DNA of 64,000 bases, taken from contig BSWA01000002.1 in the NCBI GenBank assembly GCA_036245095.1, positions 2,691 through 66,690 on the forward strand. Reading direction: 5' to 3'. Each line of letters begins with the position of its first letter. Position 1 is the stretch's first letter. A model generated the notes under the pieces. The model was not told the origin of the DNA. It saw only the letters and a program-made list of their open reading frames with translations, and searched no databases. The DNA comes from Candidatus Improbicoccus devescovinae. Its GTDB lineage: Bacteria > Bacillota > Clostridia > Oscillospirales > Acutalibacteraceae. A program made the position numbers and the translations under genes. Of the stretch, positions 1 through 10,862 are shown piece by piece.

Positions 1-147
1 TTCCCTACGTATCTCAGATTTTACACCTTTCCAGTCATTTTTAGAGTTAATTTTATTCAGATTTTGTATAGTTTCTGTATATTTGTTTTCGTCATCCTTT
101 TGATAGTTTTTAATAATTTTTTCTAAATGGGTTTTAAATTTATTCAT
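1..147 (-). CDS. hypothetical protein, first 49 codons only (gene runs off the left edge)
   Basis: ATG at 147 on the minus strand opens a stop-free frame (MNKFKTHLEKIIKNYQKDDENKY...) down to position 1. No motif recognised and the RBS is weak. Confidence 0.25.
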   Translation of the reverse strand, partial: MNKFKTHLEKIIKNYQKDDENKYTETIQNLNKINSKNDWKGVKSEIRRE

Positions 148-286
148 ATATTTAGCCAAATTTATCACATCCTTTTGTGCTGATATTTTGGTTATTTAAT
201 AAAGTTTAGTTACAACATTATTATAGCATATCCAAAAGTTTTTAACAACACTCTGGTTACAAATTAAATCTAAATTTCGATTTTAT

Positions 287-470
287 TAGACCTGTCCTAA
301 AACTGAATTATTTTTGTAAATTTCATAGGTAATTCGACGCTCGAAACTACTTATATACATGCAGAAAAAGTTTCAAACGAGCATGCTATTGGATTTATCA
401 AACGTTCTAAAATTTTATCTAAACAATACTGCAATCATAGAAAACGTTTTGGCTTAAGATTTAATTCAAT
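287..470. mobile_element. mobile-element debris: left half of the 148-bp MITE fused to a 3'-end remnant of an IS-C-type transposase gene
   Basis: 287-325 matches the MITE terminal repeat TAGACCTGTCCTAAAACTGAATTATTTTTGTAAATTT. 355-470 resembles the C-terminal transposase region seen in 2297-2420 (..SMLLDLSNVLKFYLN..). Confidence 0.5.
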
Positions 471-624
471 AGCAGATATATACAATTTTTAACTGATTAC
501 TTAAATTTCGTAATAGGTCTATTGTGATTTTTTGCGTGTTATCGTGAATTATAAAAAATAAGTTTAAAATACATGAACATATTTTGATTAATTTAAATAA
601 AATGTAATAGGAGGAATGTGTATT

Positions 625-1428
625 ATGTACAATGGTATCGATGTCTCTAAATGGCAAGGAGATATAAATTGGACTAAAGTTAAAAATGCTGGCATTGAAT
701 TCGTTATTATAAGAGATGGTTGGGGGAAAAGTTCGCCTACTCAGGTCGATAAAAAATTTAAAGATAATTATAAAAACGCTAAATCTCTGGACATTCCGGT
801 AGGTGTATATCATTATAGCTATGCGGATTCTGTTTCCGATGCTCGTCAGGAAGCTTTGTTTTGTTTAGATAATATTTCAGGAATGCAACTTGAATATCCT
901 GTGTGCTTCGACATAGAAGACCCAGAAATGTATGCACTTTCAACAGAATTACGTACCGAAATTTGTAGGGCTTTTTGCTCTGAAATCGAAAACCATGGCT
1001 ATTATGCTATGATATACTGTAATTATGACTGGTATGTGAATCGCCTTCAGGGTGCTCTATTGGCCCAAAAATACGATATCTGGCTGGCGCAATGGAGCGG
1101 TAATACGCCTTTAGCACCATGCGGCATCTGGCAACATTCTGAATCCGGTAAAATAGACGGTATAAACAGTAATGTCGATCTTGATATTGCATATAAAAAT
1201 TATCCATCAATAATAAAAGAAAGTGGCTTGAATGGTTTCTCAAGTTCGGGTTCAGAAACTAAGCCAACATATTTTAATTATACTGTTAAATCCGGGGATA
1301 ATCTTTGGAGTATAGCACAAGTTTTTTTAAAAACTGGTTCAAATTATGTTAAAATAAAACAATTAAATAATCTCACAACTGATGTTATTTATCCCGGGCA
1401 GATATTAAAAATACCATATTCAATATAA
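625..1428 (+). CDS. GH25 muramidase (lysozyme) with C-terminal LysM domain, endolysin-like, intact
   Basis: NGIDVSKWQG, FVIIRDGWG, YHYSYA and FDIED motifs of the GH25 family. C-terminal LysM (YTVKSGDNLWSIAQ...YPGQILKIP). AGGAGG lies about 10 nt before ATG 625; the track ORF starts at 616. Confidence 0.85.
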   Translation: MYNGIDVSKWQGDINWTKVKNAGIEFVIIRDGWGKSSPTQVDKKFKDNYKNAKSLDIPVGVYHYSYADSVSDARQEALFCLDNISGMQLEYPVCFDIEDPEMYALSTELRTEICRAFCSEIENHGYYAMIYCNYDWYVNRLQGALLAQKYDIWLAQWSGNTPLAPCGIWQHSESGKIDGINSNVDLDIAYKNYPSIIKESGLNGFSSSGSETKPTYFNYTVKSGDNLWSIAQVFLKTGSNYVKIKQLNNLTTDVIYPGQILKIPYSI

Positions 1429-1460
1429 TAATAAAAATAATATTTTGAGGTGAATAAGTT

Positions 1461-2021
1461 TTGGCAATCAAAATTTTCATTGATCAAGGTCACAATCCGC
1501 ATACCGTAAATGCCGGAGCCGAGGGAAATGGCCTAAGAGAACAAGATATAACTTATGCTGTAGGTATGCATCTGGCTGATTTGTTAACGGCAAATCCAAT
1601 GTTTGAAGTAAAAGTATCCCGAGAAACTCCAGAAACAATTTTGGGCACAACTGTAACCGAAAGTCTTAGCCAAAGAGTCGAAATGGCAGCAGATTGGGGC
1701 GCTAACTATTTTCTAAGTATTCATGCAAACGCTAGTACTAATCCTGAAATTAACGGAAGTGAAGTTTATATTTATTCTGAATTTTCTCCTGCTGCAAATT
1801 TAGCACAATCTATCCTAGATTCAATAGTCAAAGACATCGGAACTAAAGATAATGGAATAAAAATTAATCCTACATTATACGTGTTACGGAAAACTACTAT
1901 GCCCGCAGCACTTATTGAACTTGCTTATATTACTAATTTTGAGGATTCAGAAAAACTTAAAAACAATCAACTCGAATTTGCTTATGCAATATATGCAGGA
2001 ATCTTAAATAGTTTGAATTAA
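1461..2021 (+). CDS. N-acetylmuramoyl-L-alanine amidase (Amidase_3 / CwlD-like)
   Basis: IFIDQGHN, SIHANAS and LIELAYITN motifs typical of zinc Amidase_3. TTG start after GAGGTG. Adjacent to the lysozyme gene. Confidence 0.8.
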   Translation: MAIKIFIDQGHNPHTVNAGAEGNGLREQDITYAVGMHLADLLTANPMFEVKVSRETPETILGTTVTESLSQRVEMAADWGANYFLSIHANASTNPEINGSEVYIYSEFSPAANLAQSILDSIVKDIGTKDNGIKINPTLYVLRKTTMPAALIELAYITNFEDSEKLKNNQLEFAYAIYAGILNSLN

Positions 2022-2245
2022 ATTTTATGCGGATTACACATATTTCTTTTGTGAAACTAAATCCCGATATCAGAACTAAAAATCTCATAAATATAATTAT
2101 ATCACATATAATTTTAAATTGCAATAAATATTTAATTTGAAAGAGGTTTATAACTTAAACTTCTTTCGAATATATTGAGTGGGAGGCTATGTGATCTCTA
2201 CAACCTTCATATTTTCAGGAAATTCTGTAGGAGATTTTGATTAAA

Positions 2246-3143
2246 TAGACTTCTTTCCAAACTAAACAATCAGATCAAAATTACAGATACCGGAGATCAA
2301 ATTACACCTGATACCAAAACGTTTCCTACGATTTCGGTATCGTTCAGATAAAATTTTAAAACGTTTGATAAATCTAATAGCATGCTCGATTGAAACTCTT
2401 TGGCTTGCGATTTTACGATTTTTCTCTTTTTTTGTTTTGTAAGCGGATGTCTTTTAGTTTTCTTTTTTGGAATTTCTGAATTTTTATGGAATTTGTGAAT
2501 TCCTTGAAATTCGGTATCAATCAGTAATTTTATTTTGCTGTTTATCTTGAGTTTAGATTCTTTAAAAAGTCTGAAATCATACTTTCTGCCATTTGCAAAA
2601 TCAGTGCAAATAATCGTTCTGTCTTTTTTGTTCACAACTAATTGAGTCTTTAATGTATGGCGTTTTTTCTTGCCAGAATAATATTCTTTCTGTTTGTTTT
2701 TTCGATTTTCTATTTTTTGCCCATTCTTTTTTCTGTTTTTTTGGCCGTTCGGTTGTAGTTTCAGAAGCATCAATTAAAATTACTTTATATTTTAGGTCAC
2801 TTTTTTGAAGCGCTTTTTGACCAGGAAGTGCGAAAGTTCCGTTCTTTACAAATGTGTCCTTCACTCACTTAATAATTTTGTATGCATAAGATCCTGATAT
2901 TCCGTAGTTTACGCTGAGATGAAAATAGGTTCTGTACTCTCTTAGATATTCTAGAGTCATCAAAACCATTTCTTCCACAGACAGCTTATTTTTTCGGCAG
3001 CCTCTAGCTTTTTTATCTGGTGAGCGACTTCTACGTTTTCTATCATTTTTTAAAGGTTTCTTTTTTGACTCCTGTGAGTCTTCTAAATTTTTTGTTCCAT
3101 ATTTCATATTCTAACTTATTTTTTAAGTTTGGAAAGAAGTCTA
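2246..3143 (-). mobile_element. IS-C copy 1: 898-bp IS5-family-like element with a decayed transposase
   Basis: 18-bp terminal inverted repeats TAGACTTCTTTCCAAACT at both ends. Three minus-strand ORFs (3107-2865, 2864-2601, 2773-2297) in different frames together spell an HTH + DDE transposase (ERPKKQK, YSGKKKRHTLKTQ, DTEFQGIHK). Confidence 0.75.
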
Positions 3144-3235
3144 TTATGTGTCAAATATATTTTTTAATAAAAACAAGGATGGCACAAAAATTCAAAGAAA
3201 TTTCAAGCTTATTTCTGAATATTTATACAAAACTA

Positions 3236-3264
3236 TTGAAATTAAACTTTAAATTTTGTAGAAT
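3236..3264 (+). promoter_or_regulatory. sigma-A-type promoter candidate for the 1153-aa gene
   Basis: TTGAAA, 17-nt spacer, TAGAAT, about 95 nt upstream of ATG 3360. Confidence 0.4.
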
Positions 3265-3359
3265 ATCTCTATAAACATGCTACAGGTACCGAGAACTTTT
3301 ATAAATTAATCGGGGGTGGTGAATCTTTTGCGAATTATTATGCTAGGGGGTGAAAATTT

Positions 3360-6300
3360 ATGGTATCAATTAAAAAGGAAATTAAAAAAAAATTAGGCCT
3401 TCAAATTGAATCGTGGAAGAAAACAAAAGATAAAAGCAAATCGGGAAGCGATGAAACATCTCAGTATGATATAACAAAAGAAACTATACAACAGGATATA
3501 CAAAAAAAAAATATAAATAAATTTCATAAAATAATGCCATTTTATAAACATGCTGATAACTTAGATAGACTGATGAAATGGGTCGATAAAACCGCTAAAC
3601 CAAATAAATTAACCGCATCACAAATCGAAACAATTAAGACGCTGTTTGAGATCGCTATCTTGATAGATGCAGACGAAAATAATAAAAATTATAAAGAATA
3701 TGAAACAACATTGAAAGATAGAAAAAATAATATTGAAATAAATGATAAATTTAGGAAAAATATTGCTAGCGAAATTGTGTGGTATATAATTAAAATCGTT
3801 GAGGGCTCATCGACCAGAATAGTCGCTATTACTGAGAATCTTCGAAGAATATTACCTAGCGTTAGACAGGTGAGAAAGGCAGTTTCTGTTTATAAATCAA
3901 TGGAGGATAAAGATAAAGATCAGTTTATTTATATTTATAAGAAAAATGGAAATGACAACGAAAAGTTAAGAGCCACTTATAAATACAATCCCGAAAAAAC
4001 TTTTGTTGAAAATATTGAACTTATAATTAACGGGAAGAAAAAGCATGGAATTGTACTTACCGATGATACCTGCGTTAAAATTAAAAGAAAAAACTCGACA
4101 CCAGATCAAATAATAGGAGAATATAACTGGAGCGAGTTAAAAACCGAGGCTGAATTAAAGAAACTAACTGATAGTATAAGAGATATTCCTCATATAAAGG
4201 TCACGTTAAGTATCCCCGAAATTACTCAAAGTGCATCAGAAGATAAAAAACCAGGTGAAGGGCATAATCAAGGAGCTCAACCTGCAACGACCGATCCGCC
4301 TAAACCTATAGTTAATCCTACCGCTGAAGGGGGTAATCCAGGTGCTCAATCGCCACCGTCAGAGCCGCCGAAACCTACAGGTAATCCTACCGATGAAGGG
4401 GGTAATCAAGGCGATGACCCTCCATCGGCCGATCCGCCTAAACCTGTAGGTAATCCTGCCATGGAAACTTCTACACCTATTTCAGACGAGCATGATGACG
4501 AGCAAGACGACGAGCATGATGAACCGCCGAAAGATACGGATAAGCCGCCTGAGGCAAATCCACCGCCTAATAAATCTGTTACGCCGCCGAATAAGCCACC
4601 TGCAGCTTCCTGCAATGTGACAGTAAAAATAACCTCAAGAGATTCAGGTAAGGAAGGAAAAATTAAATATGATAGTATTCCTGATGATCCGCTTTTGGTT
4701 CCCGAAATAATAACTAAAGAGAGTAATAACTTATCTAGTTTCTTTAAAGATCCCGCGCCTGAGCTGCAGATTCTCATATTGAGTTACTCACACACACAAA
4801 TTCAAGATAGCTTACTGATGCCCTATGAGACATTCTCCCGTTCCGTCAAAAATTTATGCACATCCTCGTCAGAAAAATCCCCAACAAAAAAAAATGCGAT
4901 TACTGCTAATTATTTATTGCCAACGATTATAAAGCTTACGTGCAACCTGAAAAACCCAACCAAATCTTTCGATTCAATGATATACTGGACTGGAAATAAA
5001 AATCTGAATGAGACGCAGCTTAGTAGCCTAATTGCCAAAATAAAAGAAATAAGAGCCGAAGCCGATACCAAATTCGAATACGAAATAAAACAGGCCGACC
5101 ATGTTATCCGGGTCGAGTACGATAATATTAAATCTGGCGTAGAGGGCTACATCGCAAAAGATAATAAGCACAAGATATTAAATATAACAGAGGTATATAG
5201 AAAATTAGTAATAACTATAACTAACCAATCGGGAATCAAAGAAAACTGGAGCTTCGACACAGACCCCTGGATAGTTTATAATATTCCTAAAATTATATCC
5301 GATGATCAGAAAAATATTAAGAAAATAGATTCTAATCTTGAACCTAAACTGTTCGAATCAAATAAGCCTGATAAATTAGTAACACATAAAGATATAGTAG
5401 ATTACTTCAAACGTCATACGCCTGCTCCCGTTACCAATCTAGTCTATACGTTAGCTACACTAACGGTATTTACGGTGCAGCTTGCCAATGGAGAGAAAAA
5501 AGTATTTAACTACTGGGCTCGAGGAACTGGCAGTGGAGATTATGAATCTGTGTTTACTCAAATAACGGAACTTACGAAACACAGCCAGACCTCAAACACG
5601 GAATATAAAATAGACAATAAAAACCTTAATTATAAACATGACAAGATTGTTGATGCTCTTAAAAACCTAATCTCGCTCAATGGTGCCCACGCTAAGATTG
5701 ATATTCATGAGATTACGCCTAAAATCACAATTCAACTAAAATTCATAAATGGAGAAGTTGAAGACAACCTCTTTTATTATGATAAATTAGATGAAAATGC
5801 AACGTGTAATAGAGAATTTTCAGAATATTTACAGAATTTGGAATTCACCAACGACCTCGATCAAGGTTACGCTGAACAGTATATAACACGCTATTCATTG
5901 TGTTCAACCCCAAATGAGAAATTTATGAGCAACAAAGTTATTAAGGTCGTAAAAAATTGCCCGAGCACCAGCGAGACAGTTAGATTAAATGTTTATTTTA
6001 CTTTTGTTGTTAAGTTTGTCCCCTCCAATAAAGTTTATACCGTTCCGATTTTGTATTTATATGAATTGGAAACCGAGGCTCAAGCCAAAAAGAAAATAAA
6101 TGACTCTCTGTGTGATTTTCAAAATACAAATAATATCACATTCGCTCCTGAAGTTGATACAAAAAATTACACATACACCGAACTAAACAAAAATTTATAC
6201 TCGATGGTTCTCGCAAACCTAAAAAAACGCTCTTTTAAAGTGCAAGTGAATGACATGGTCACAGTTACCTATGATAGTGGGATCCACAAAAGCAAACACT

Positions 6301-6821
6301 CAAAAGAATTAATTTTAACCACAGAATATATAGCCGAATTAAGAAAAGAGCTATCTTCTGCTTACCCAGAATCAAAATCCATGAAGTTATCTATAATGCC
6401 TATAAATCCTGCTTCCAAGAAAGGAGCCGTAGCAACAGAGGAAGGGCAATTGTTAAATACTTCAGGTTTCGATAAAAAGTTGAATGATATGGCGACCGAT
6501 AATGCTGCATTAACTATTAGCCCTTGCTTCAATGTTCATTTATATCCCCAGGGAAAACAACCGCCCACAGCTATAGCAACCCAAGTAACAGCTCCGCACG
6601 ACACATCCCTAGACCTCTTAATAAACGCAATAATTTCAAAACACAACTTAAAAAAGACAAAAAGCTCGGACTATTGCGTTGGTATTGGAAAAGAAGATGA
6701 TGAACAGCATCCTGAGACGATGCATAAAAATAACGTCAAAATAAAGAAATTATGTAAAGGCAAGGAAATAACATCGGACACGATTTTTATAGTATGCCTT
6801 AAGTCGGAGATCAAGCGATGA
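3360..6821 (+). CDS. giant lineage-specific protein (1153 aa), no signal peptide, three 24-aa Pro-rich repeats; function unknown
   Basis: 3.4-kb open frame in an AT-rich genome with a GGGGGTG RBS. 72-bp x3 repeats at about 4250-4450 (EGGNxGxxxPxxDPPKPxxNPT). Paralogous to 6907-8913. Confidence 0.8.
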   Translation: MVSIKKEIKKKLGLQIESWKKTKDKSKSGSDETSQYDITKETIQQDIQKKNINKFHKIMPFYKHADNLDRLMKWVDKTAKPNKLTASQIETIKTLFEIAILIDADENNKNYKEYETTLKDRKNNIEINDKFRKNIASEIVWYIIKIVEGSSTRIVAITENLRRILPSVRQVRKAVSVYKSMEDKDKDQFIYIYKKNGNDNEKLRATYKYNPEKTFVENIELIINGKKKHGIVLTDDTCVKIKRKNSTPDQIIGEYNWSELKTEAELKKLTDSIRDIPHIKVTLSIPEITQSASEDKKPGEGHNQGAQPATTDPPKPIVNPTAEGGNPGAQSPPSEPPKPTGNPTDEGGNQGDDPPSADPPKPVGNPAMETSTPISDEHDDEQDDEHDEPPKDTDKPPEANPPPNKSVTPPNKPPAASCNVTVKITSRDSGKEGKIKYDSIPDDPLLVPEIITKESNNLSSFFKDPAPELQILILSYSHTQIQDSLLMPYETFSRSVKNLCTSSSEKSPTKKNAITANYLLPTIIKLTCNLKNPTKSFDSMIYWTGNKNLNETQLSSLIAKIKEIRAEADTKFEYEIKQADHVIRVEYDNIKSGVEGYIAKDNKHKILNITEVYRKLVITITNQSGIKENWSFDTDPWIVYNIPKIISDDQKNIKKIDSNLEPKLFESNKPDKLVTHKDIVDYFKRHTPAPVTNLVYTLATLTVFTVQLANGEKKVFNYWARGTGSGDYESVFTQITELTKHSQTSNTEYKIDNKNLNYKHDKIVDALKNLISLNGAHAKIDIHEITPKITIQLKFINGEVEDNLFYYDKLDENATCNREFSEYLQNLEFTNDLDQGYAEQYITRYSLCSTPNEKFMSNKVIKVVKNCPSTSETVRLNVYFTFVVKFVPSNKVYTVPILYLYELETEAQAKKKINDSLCDFQNTNNITFAPEVDTKNYTYTELNKNLYSMVLANLKKRSFKVQVNDMVTVTYDSGIHKSKHSKELILTTEYIAELRKELSSAYPESKSMKLSIMPINPASKKGAVATEEGQLLNTSGFDKKLNDMATDNAALTISPCFNVHLYPQGKQPPTAIATQVTAPHDTSLDLLINAIISKHNLKKTKSSDYCVGIGKEDDEQHPETMHKNNVKIKKLCKGKEITSDTIFIVCLKSEIKR

Positions 6822-6906
6822 TAAATTAACCCCATTGCGGGAAAACCAATAGGCAATCTCAGATTTATAAAATTACAAATTCACACAAGTATAAGGAGGC
6901 TTAATC

Positions 6907-8913
6907 ATGAATGGTTTTTTTAATAATTTAAAAACAAAACTTACAAAGTTTATAGACACAAAAGGAAAACCGGCCAATACGCTTACCCTGAAAATAGCTA
7001 CAAAACTAACCGACGACGGTGTGGAAATCATAAAAGAATTTGAAGCAGCAAACACCTGGCCCAAACTCCGACTTGCCGGGAAGAAGACCATTAAAGACTC
7101 CAAAAATAAGATAGCATACAAGCCTTTAAGGCAGCTTATAGGGCTAGCACATCATTTGTTTGGCGGCCAAAAACTTGACGATGAATCTGAAAAAATTATA
7201 AAGTTATGGACCAATTCAACAGCGGCCAATCAATTCATCGCAGCAGAAATAGCATGGTATATACTACAATTCGCAACTGACACGCCCATTAATAAATTAA
7301 AAGCGCGCATAAACAAACGAAATAACAAACCGAAATCCAAGCTTGGAAAAAAGGCACTTAATTTGTTTTATCATGCTCCAAAGGGAAAAGAGAGTATAAA
7401 ACAAAAGCATAGTGATTTTAAGTTATATTTAACTTTCCCTGAGATAACACTTAAAAAAGACGAAAAATCACCGGATCCGATATCCTTAAAGAGAACAAAA
7501 AACCTCGCCTTATACAATAAAATAATGGAAATTACGCCAACGAGTGTCATAGCCCGAATCGGGAAAAACCCGCAAGGGCTGGAAATTAAGGCGAAAACAA
7601 CAGACAAAGACGGGAACGAAACATTCGAAACGATAACCCGAGATTCTAATTTTAATAAGAATTTAAAACAGTATATCCATAACAAAGAACTTCATGTACA
7701 GATGCATATTCCAGATATAAAACCCACGGAAGTTAATGCGCCGGAAAAACAAACGGAGGATACACAAAAAGGAAGAAGTTCTATACTACCTGCTAATGCA
7801 AAAGCAAAGGATCCCCAAGATGAAAAAGAGATTATAAACCAAAAACAAGGTAAAGCGACAGAAGAAAACCAGCTTAAACAAGGAGATATGCAAATTCCAG
7901 AAATAAAACACAAGGAAGTTAATGCGCCTGAAAAACAACCGGCGGATAAACAAAAAGAAAGAAGTTCTACACTACCTGCTCCTGCAAAAGCCCAGGACCA
8001 CCAAGATGAAAAAGCGATTATAAACCAAAAACAAGGTAATGCGAAAGAGGTACAAAGGAGAGGAACAACGATACCAGCACCGAAACACACAGCAGTGTCT
8101 CGAATAATACATGTTAAATTACCCGATGGAGAAATAGAGAAAATTAAATGGAATACGGATCCAACTGATGAGAATGCTGAAGCAAAAAGCAAATGGAGTA
8201 ACTTACAGGGAAACTGGGGTGGTTGGTCTAGTTATTATGTTGGTAGTGACAAGCAAAAAATAGAAAACCCAAACGACGTAATGAACACAACTAATAATGC
8301 AAAAGTTAATATTACGCTTGTCATGAATCGTTCTTTTACAGTATATGATCTGTTAGGAAACTCTGATGAATTTGTCGTTAATCTGCCGTTAGATACCATT
8401 AGCGACATCTACAAGAAAATTCAGGAGCATAAATTTTTAAATAACAAAAAAAAATTCAATAATTCCCATTTCATATTCGACGTTCTAGAACAATCCCAAA
8501 AAGGAACAACGTATTCCAAGCTTGCAACGTATATCCCCAACCAATGCGCTGAAAAATACCGCATACTGCAACAAGAGAATAAAGAAAACAGAGCCACAAG
8601 ATTACTAACCCTGCGCGAATATTTACCCCTTAAACTTATCTACAAGATCCCATCTACAAAGAAAGATCAAGTATATCATGGGCTATATTATTATAACATG
8701 CAGGACTCAGATATTCTAAAGTTTATACAAGTATCCCACAACAATGAAGGTAAGCCCAAGGTAGAAATAAAAATAGATGGGGAAAAAATATCTGAAGATC
8801 CCATTTCTTTTTCAAATAAGAGTTACGATTTATGCGACTCATTGAAAGAACATATTAAAAAGGGTAACAAACCAAAAACCATAACTTTTATACCGATAAA
8901 ACCGACAAATTAG
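6907..8913 (+). CDS. lineage-specific protein (668 aa), paralogue of the preceding gene, two roughly 62-aa tandem repeats; function unknown
   Basis: AAGGAGG RBS. Shares IAAEIAWYILQF / IASEIVWYIIKI and the IP(D/E)I boundary motif with the 1153-aa protein. 186-bp x2 repeat at 7709-8060. Confidence 0.8.
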   Translation: MNGFFNNLKTKLTKFIDTKGKPANTLTLKIATKLTDDGVEIIKEFEAANTWPKLRLAGKKTIKDSKNKIAYKPLRQLIGLAHHLFGGQKLDDESEKIIKLWTNSTAANQFIAAEIAWYILQFATDTPINKLKARINKRNNKPKSKLGKKALNLFYHAPKGKESIKQKHSDFKLYLTFPEITLKKDEKSPDPISLKRTKNLALYNKIMEITPTSVIARIGKNPQGLEIKAKTTDKDGNETFETITRDSNFNKNLKQYIHNKELHVQMHIPDIKPTEVNAPEKQTEDTQKGRSSILPANAKAKDPQDEKEIINQKQGKATEENQLKQGDMQIPEIKHKEVNAPEKQPADKQKERSSTLPAPAKAQDHQDEKAIINQKQGNAKEVQRRGTTIPAPKHTAVSRIIHVKLPDGEIEKIKWNTDPTDENAEAKSKWSNLQGNWGGWSSYYVGSDKQKIENPNDVMNTTNNAKVNITLVMNRSFTVYDLLGNSDEFVVNLPLDTISDIYKKIQEHKFLNNKKKFNNSHFIFDVLEQSQKGTTYSKLATYIPNQCAEKYRILQQENKENRATRLLTLREYLPLKLIYKIPSTKKDQVYHGLYYYNMQDSDILKFIQVSHNNEGKPKVEIKIDGEKISEDPISFSNKSYDLCDSLKEHIKKGNKPKTITFIPIKPTN

Positions 8914-9129
8914 CGGATATTATTTTGATCTCGATTCAAACAAATAGCCAAAACCGAGAGCCCAATTAGGAATTTAGCGCGTAAGTTTACTCAGGGATAT
9001 ATTATGGCCTTGTGTGTCTTTAGCCCGAAGTCTTCGCTCATGTTGAGTATTTGCTTTATTAATAATAATATGCTATATACAAACATGCAAAAAAATATAG
9101 AGTATAGAACAAAGGAGTTATAACTATCA

Positions 9130-10572
9130 ATGAAAAGATTCCTATCCATTTTATCGGTATTCCTATTTTTTATAAACATTATAGTTTTGGCGGAAACACC
9201 GCGATGTGTTAAAAATTTTATGCAAACTGCTTCAATGAAAAACACGGATTTTGCGTTTATAGTGAAAGACATTGATTCCGGGGAAATTGTTTATGATTAC
9301 AACATCAAAAACAACATGGTTCCTGCCTCTGTTTTAAAAATTGTCACGACAGCAACAGCTTTAGAAATTTTCGGGGCCGATTATCGCTATAAAACGCATT
9401 TACAATATGATGGGGAAATCAAAAATGGTATTTTGCACGGAAATATTTATATAAAAGGCAGTGGTGATCCAACGCTTGGCTCAGAATATTTTGAGCCTCG
9501 AACAAAGTTTTTAGTCGATTGGGCTGAAGCAATTCGGAAATTAAGTATCAAGAAAATAACAGGTCAAATTATTTCCGACGAAAGTATTTTTGATAACCAA
9601 GGCATACATGCGAGATGGCAAGCTGAAGATTTAGGTCTGCATTATGCGGCTGGGAGTTACGGACTCAATGTATTTGATAACAGATATAAGCTTTTTCTAA
9701 AATCTGGTGTCCTAGGAAGCAAACCAAGAATTGCAACAGCACACCCTGAAATGAACCTCAACTTTCTAAATGAGCTTACTGTTTCACACAAGCCATCAGG
9801 AGCAACAATTTTCGGTGTTCCTTTTTCTAATGAACGCTTTTTAAACGGAAGTGTAGCTCCAAATTCATCTTGTATGATATATGGTGATATTCCGGACCCT
9901 GCATTGTATTTAGCGAATTTGCTTACAGAGACAATCAAGAATTTAGGCATTCAAATTGAAGGTCATCCAACTTGTTTTAGGCTTATATCACAATCAGGTA
10001 AATCGTTAACGCAAAAAAGACAAAATATTACAACAACATATTCGCCACCTATGAGCGAAATTGTAAAAATCACTAACTATTTAAGTCATAATCTTTTTGC
10101 AGACACACTTTTAAAAACAATAGGAACCAAACACGAAAAAACAGATGAACCGTTAAATTCATTTGATAAAGGTATTATCGTTTTGAAGAAATATTGGGCA
10201 AACAAAGGTATCGATAGTGATTTGATTCTTTATGATGGAAGCGGATTGACCCCGATGAACAGAATTACTGCTACATTTATTAGTGACATTTTAGTATACA
10301 TGGCAACAAAATCTTTGGCATCCGAAGCGTTCATTAATTCTTTTCCAGCATCAGGAGTAACGGGCACTAATAATAAGTTACTTCATGGTACGTGTTTAGA
10401 GGGCAAAGCATTGCTTAAATCTGGCTGGATTAGCGGTGTAATGTGTTATGCTGGTTATATTAATTCCAACGATAAAAAATATGTTATTTGTATTTTTATA
10501 AATAATTATCATTGCAATACATGTGAAATTAATAAAGCTATTGAAGAAATTTTACTGAACTTGTTTTCTTGA
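9130..10572 (+). CDS. dacB: D-alanyl-D-alanine carboxypeptidase/endopeptidase, PBP4 (peptidase S13) family
   Basis: Signal peptide. SxxK (PASVLK), SxN-like (YDGSGL) and K(T/S)G (KSGWISGV) motifs in PBP4 order and spacing. AAGGAG RBS. Confidence 0.85.
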   Translation: MKRFLSILSVFLFFINIIVLAETPRCVKNFMQTASMKNTDFAFIVKDIDSGEIVYDYNIKNNMVPASVLKIVTTATALEIFGADYRYKTHLQYDGEIKNGILHGNIYIKGSGDPTLGSEYFEPRTKFLVDWAEAIRKLSIKKITGQIISDESIFDNQGIHARWQAEDLGLHYAAGSYGLNVFDNRYKLFLKSGVLGSKPRIATAHPEMNLNFLNELTVSHKPSGATIFGVPFSNERFLNGSVAPNSSCMIYGDIPDPALYLANLLTETIKNLGIQIEGHPTCFRLISQSGKSLTQKRQNITTTYSPPMSEIVKITNYLSHNLFADTLLKTIGTKHEKTDEPLNSFDKGIIVLKKYWANKGIDSDLILYDGSGLTPMNRITATFISDILVYMATKSLASEAFINSFPASGVTGTNNKLLHGTCLEGKALLKSGWISGVMCYAGYINSNDKKYVICIFINNYHCNTCEINKAIEEILLNLFS

Positions 10573-10591
10573 AATTTAAAATTTAAATAAA

Positions 10592-10810
10592 TAGACTTCT
10601 TTCCAAACTAAACAATTACAAATACCGGAGATTAAATTACACCAAATTGCAATTCAAAGAATAAAAATTAAAAATATTATTAGTTTTATTAAACGTTTTA
10701 AAGTTTTAGCCGATAAATACAAAAACCGTAGAAAACGTTTTGGTCTCCGGTGTAATTTGATCTCCGGTATTTGTAATTTTGATCTGATTGTTTAGTTTGG
10801 AAAAAGTCTA
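10592..10810. mobile_element. 219-bp palindromic derivative built from two inverted copies of the IS-C right end (MITE-like)
   Basis: Starts TAGACTTCTTTCCAAACTAAACAATT and ends AATTGTTTAGTTTGGAAAAAGTCTA. The interior is the last roughly 150 bp of the IS-C transposase gene (..FIKRFKVLADKYKNRRKRFGLRCNLISG). Confidence 0.7.
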
Positions 10811-10862
10811 TTTTTTTATTGACAATATTTTTTTAAAATTTAAACTTATACTACACTTTTTT

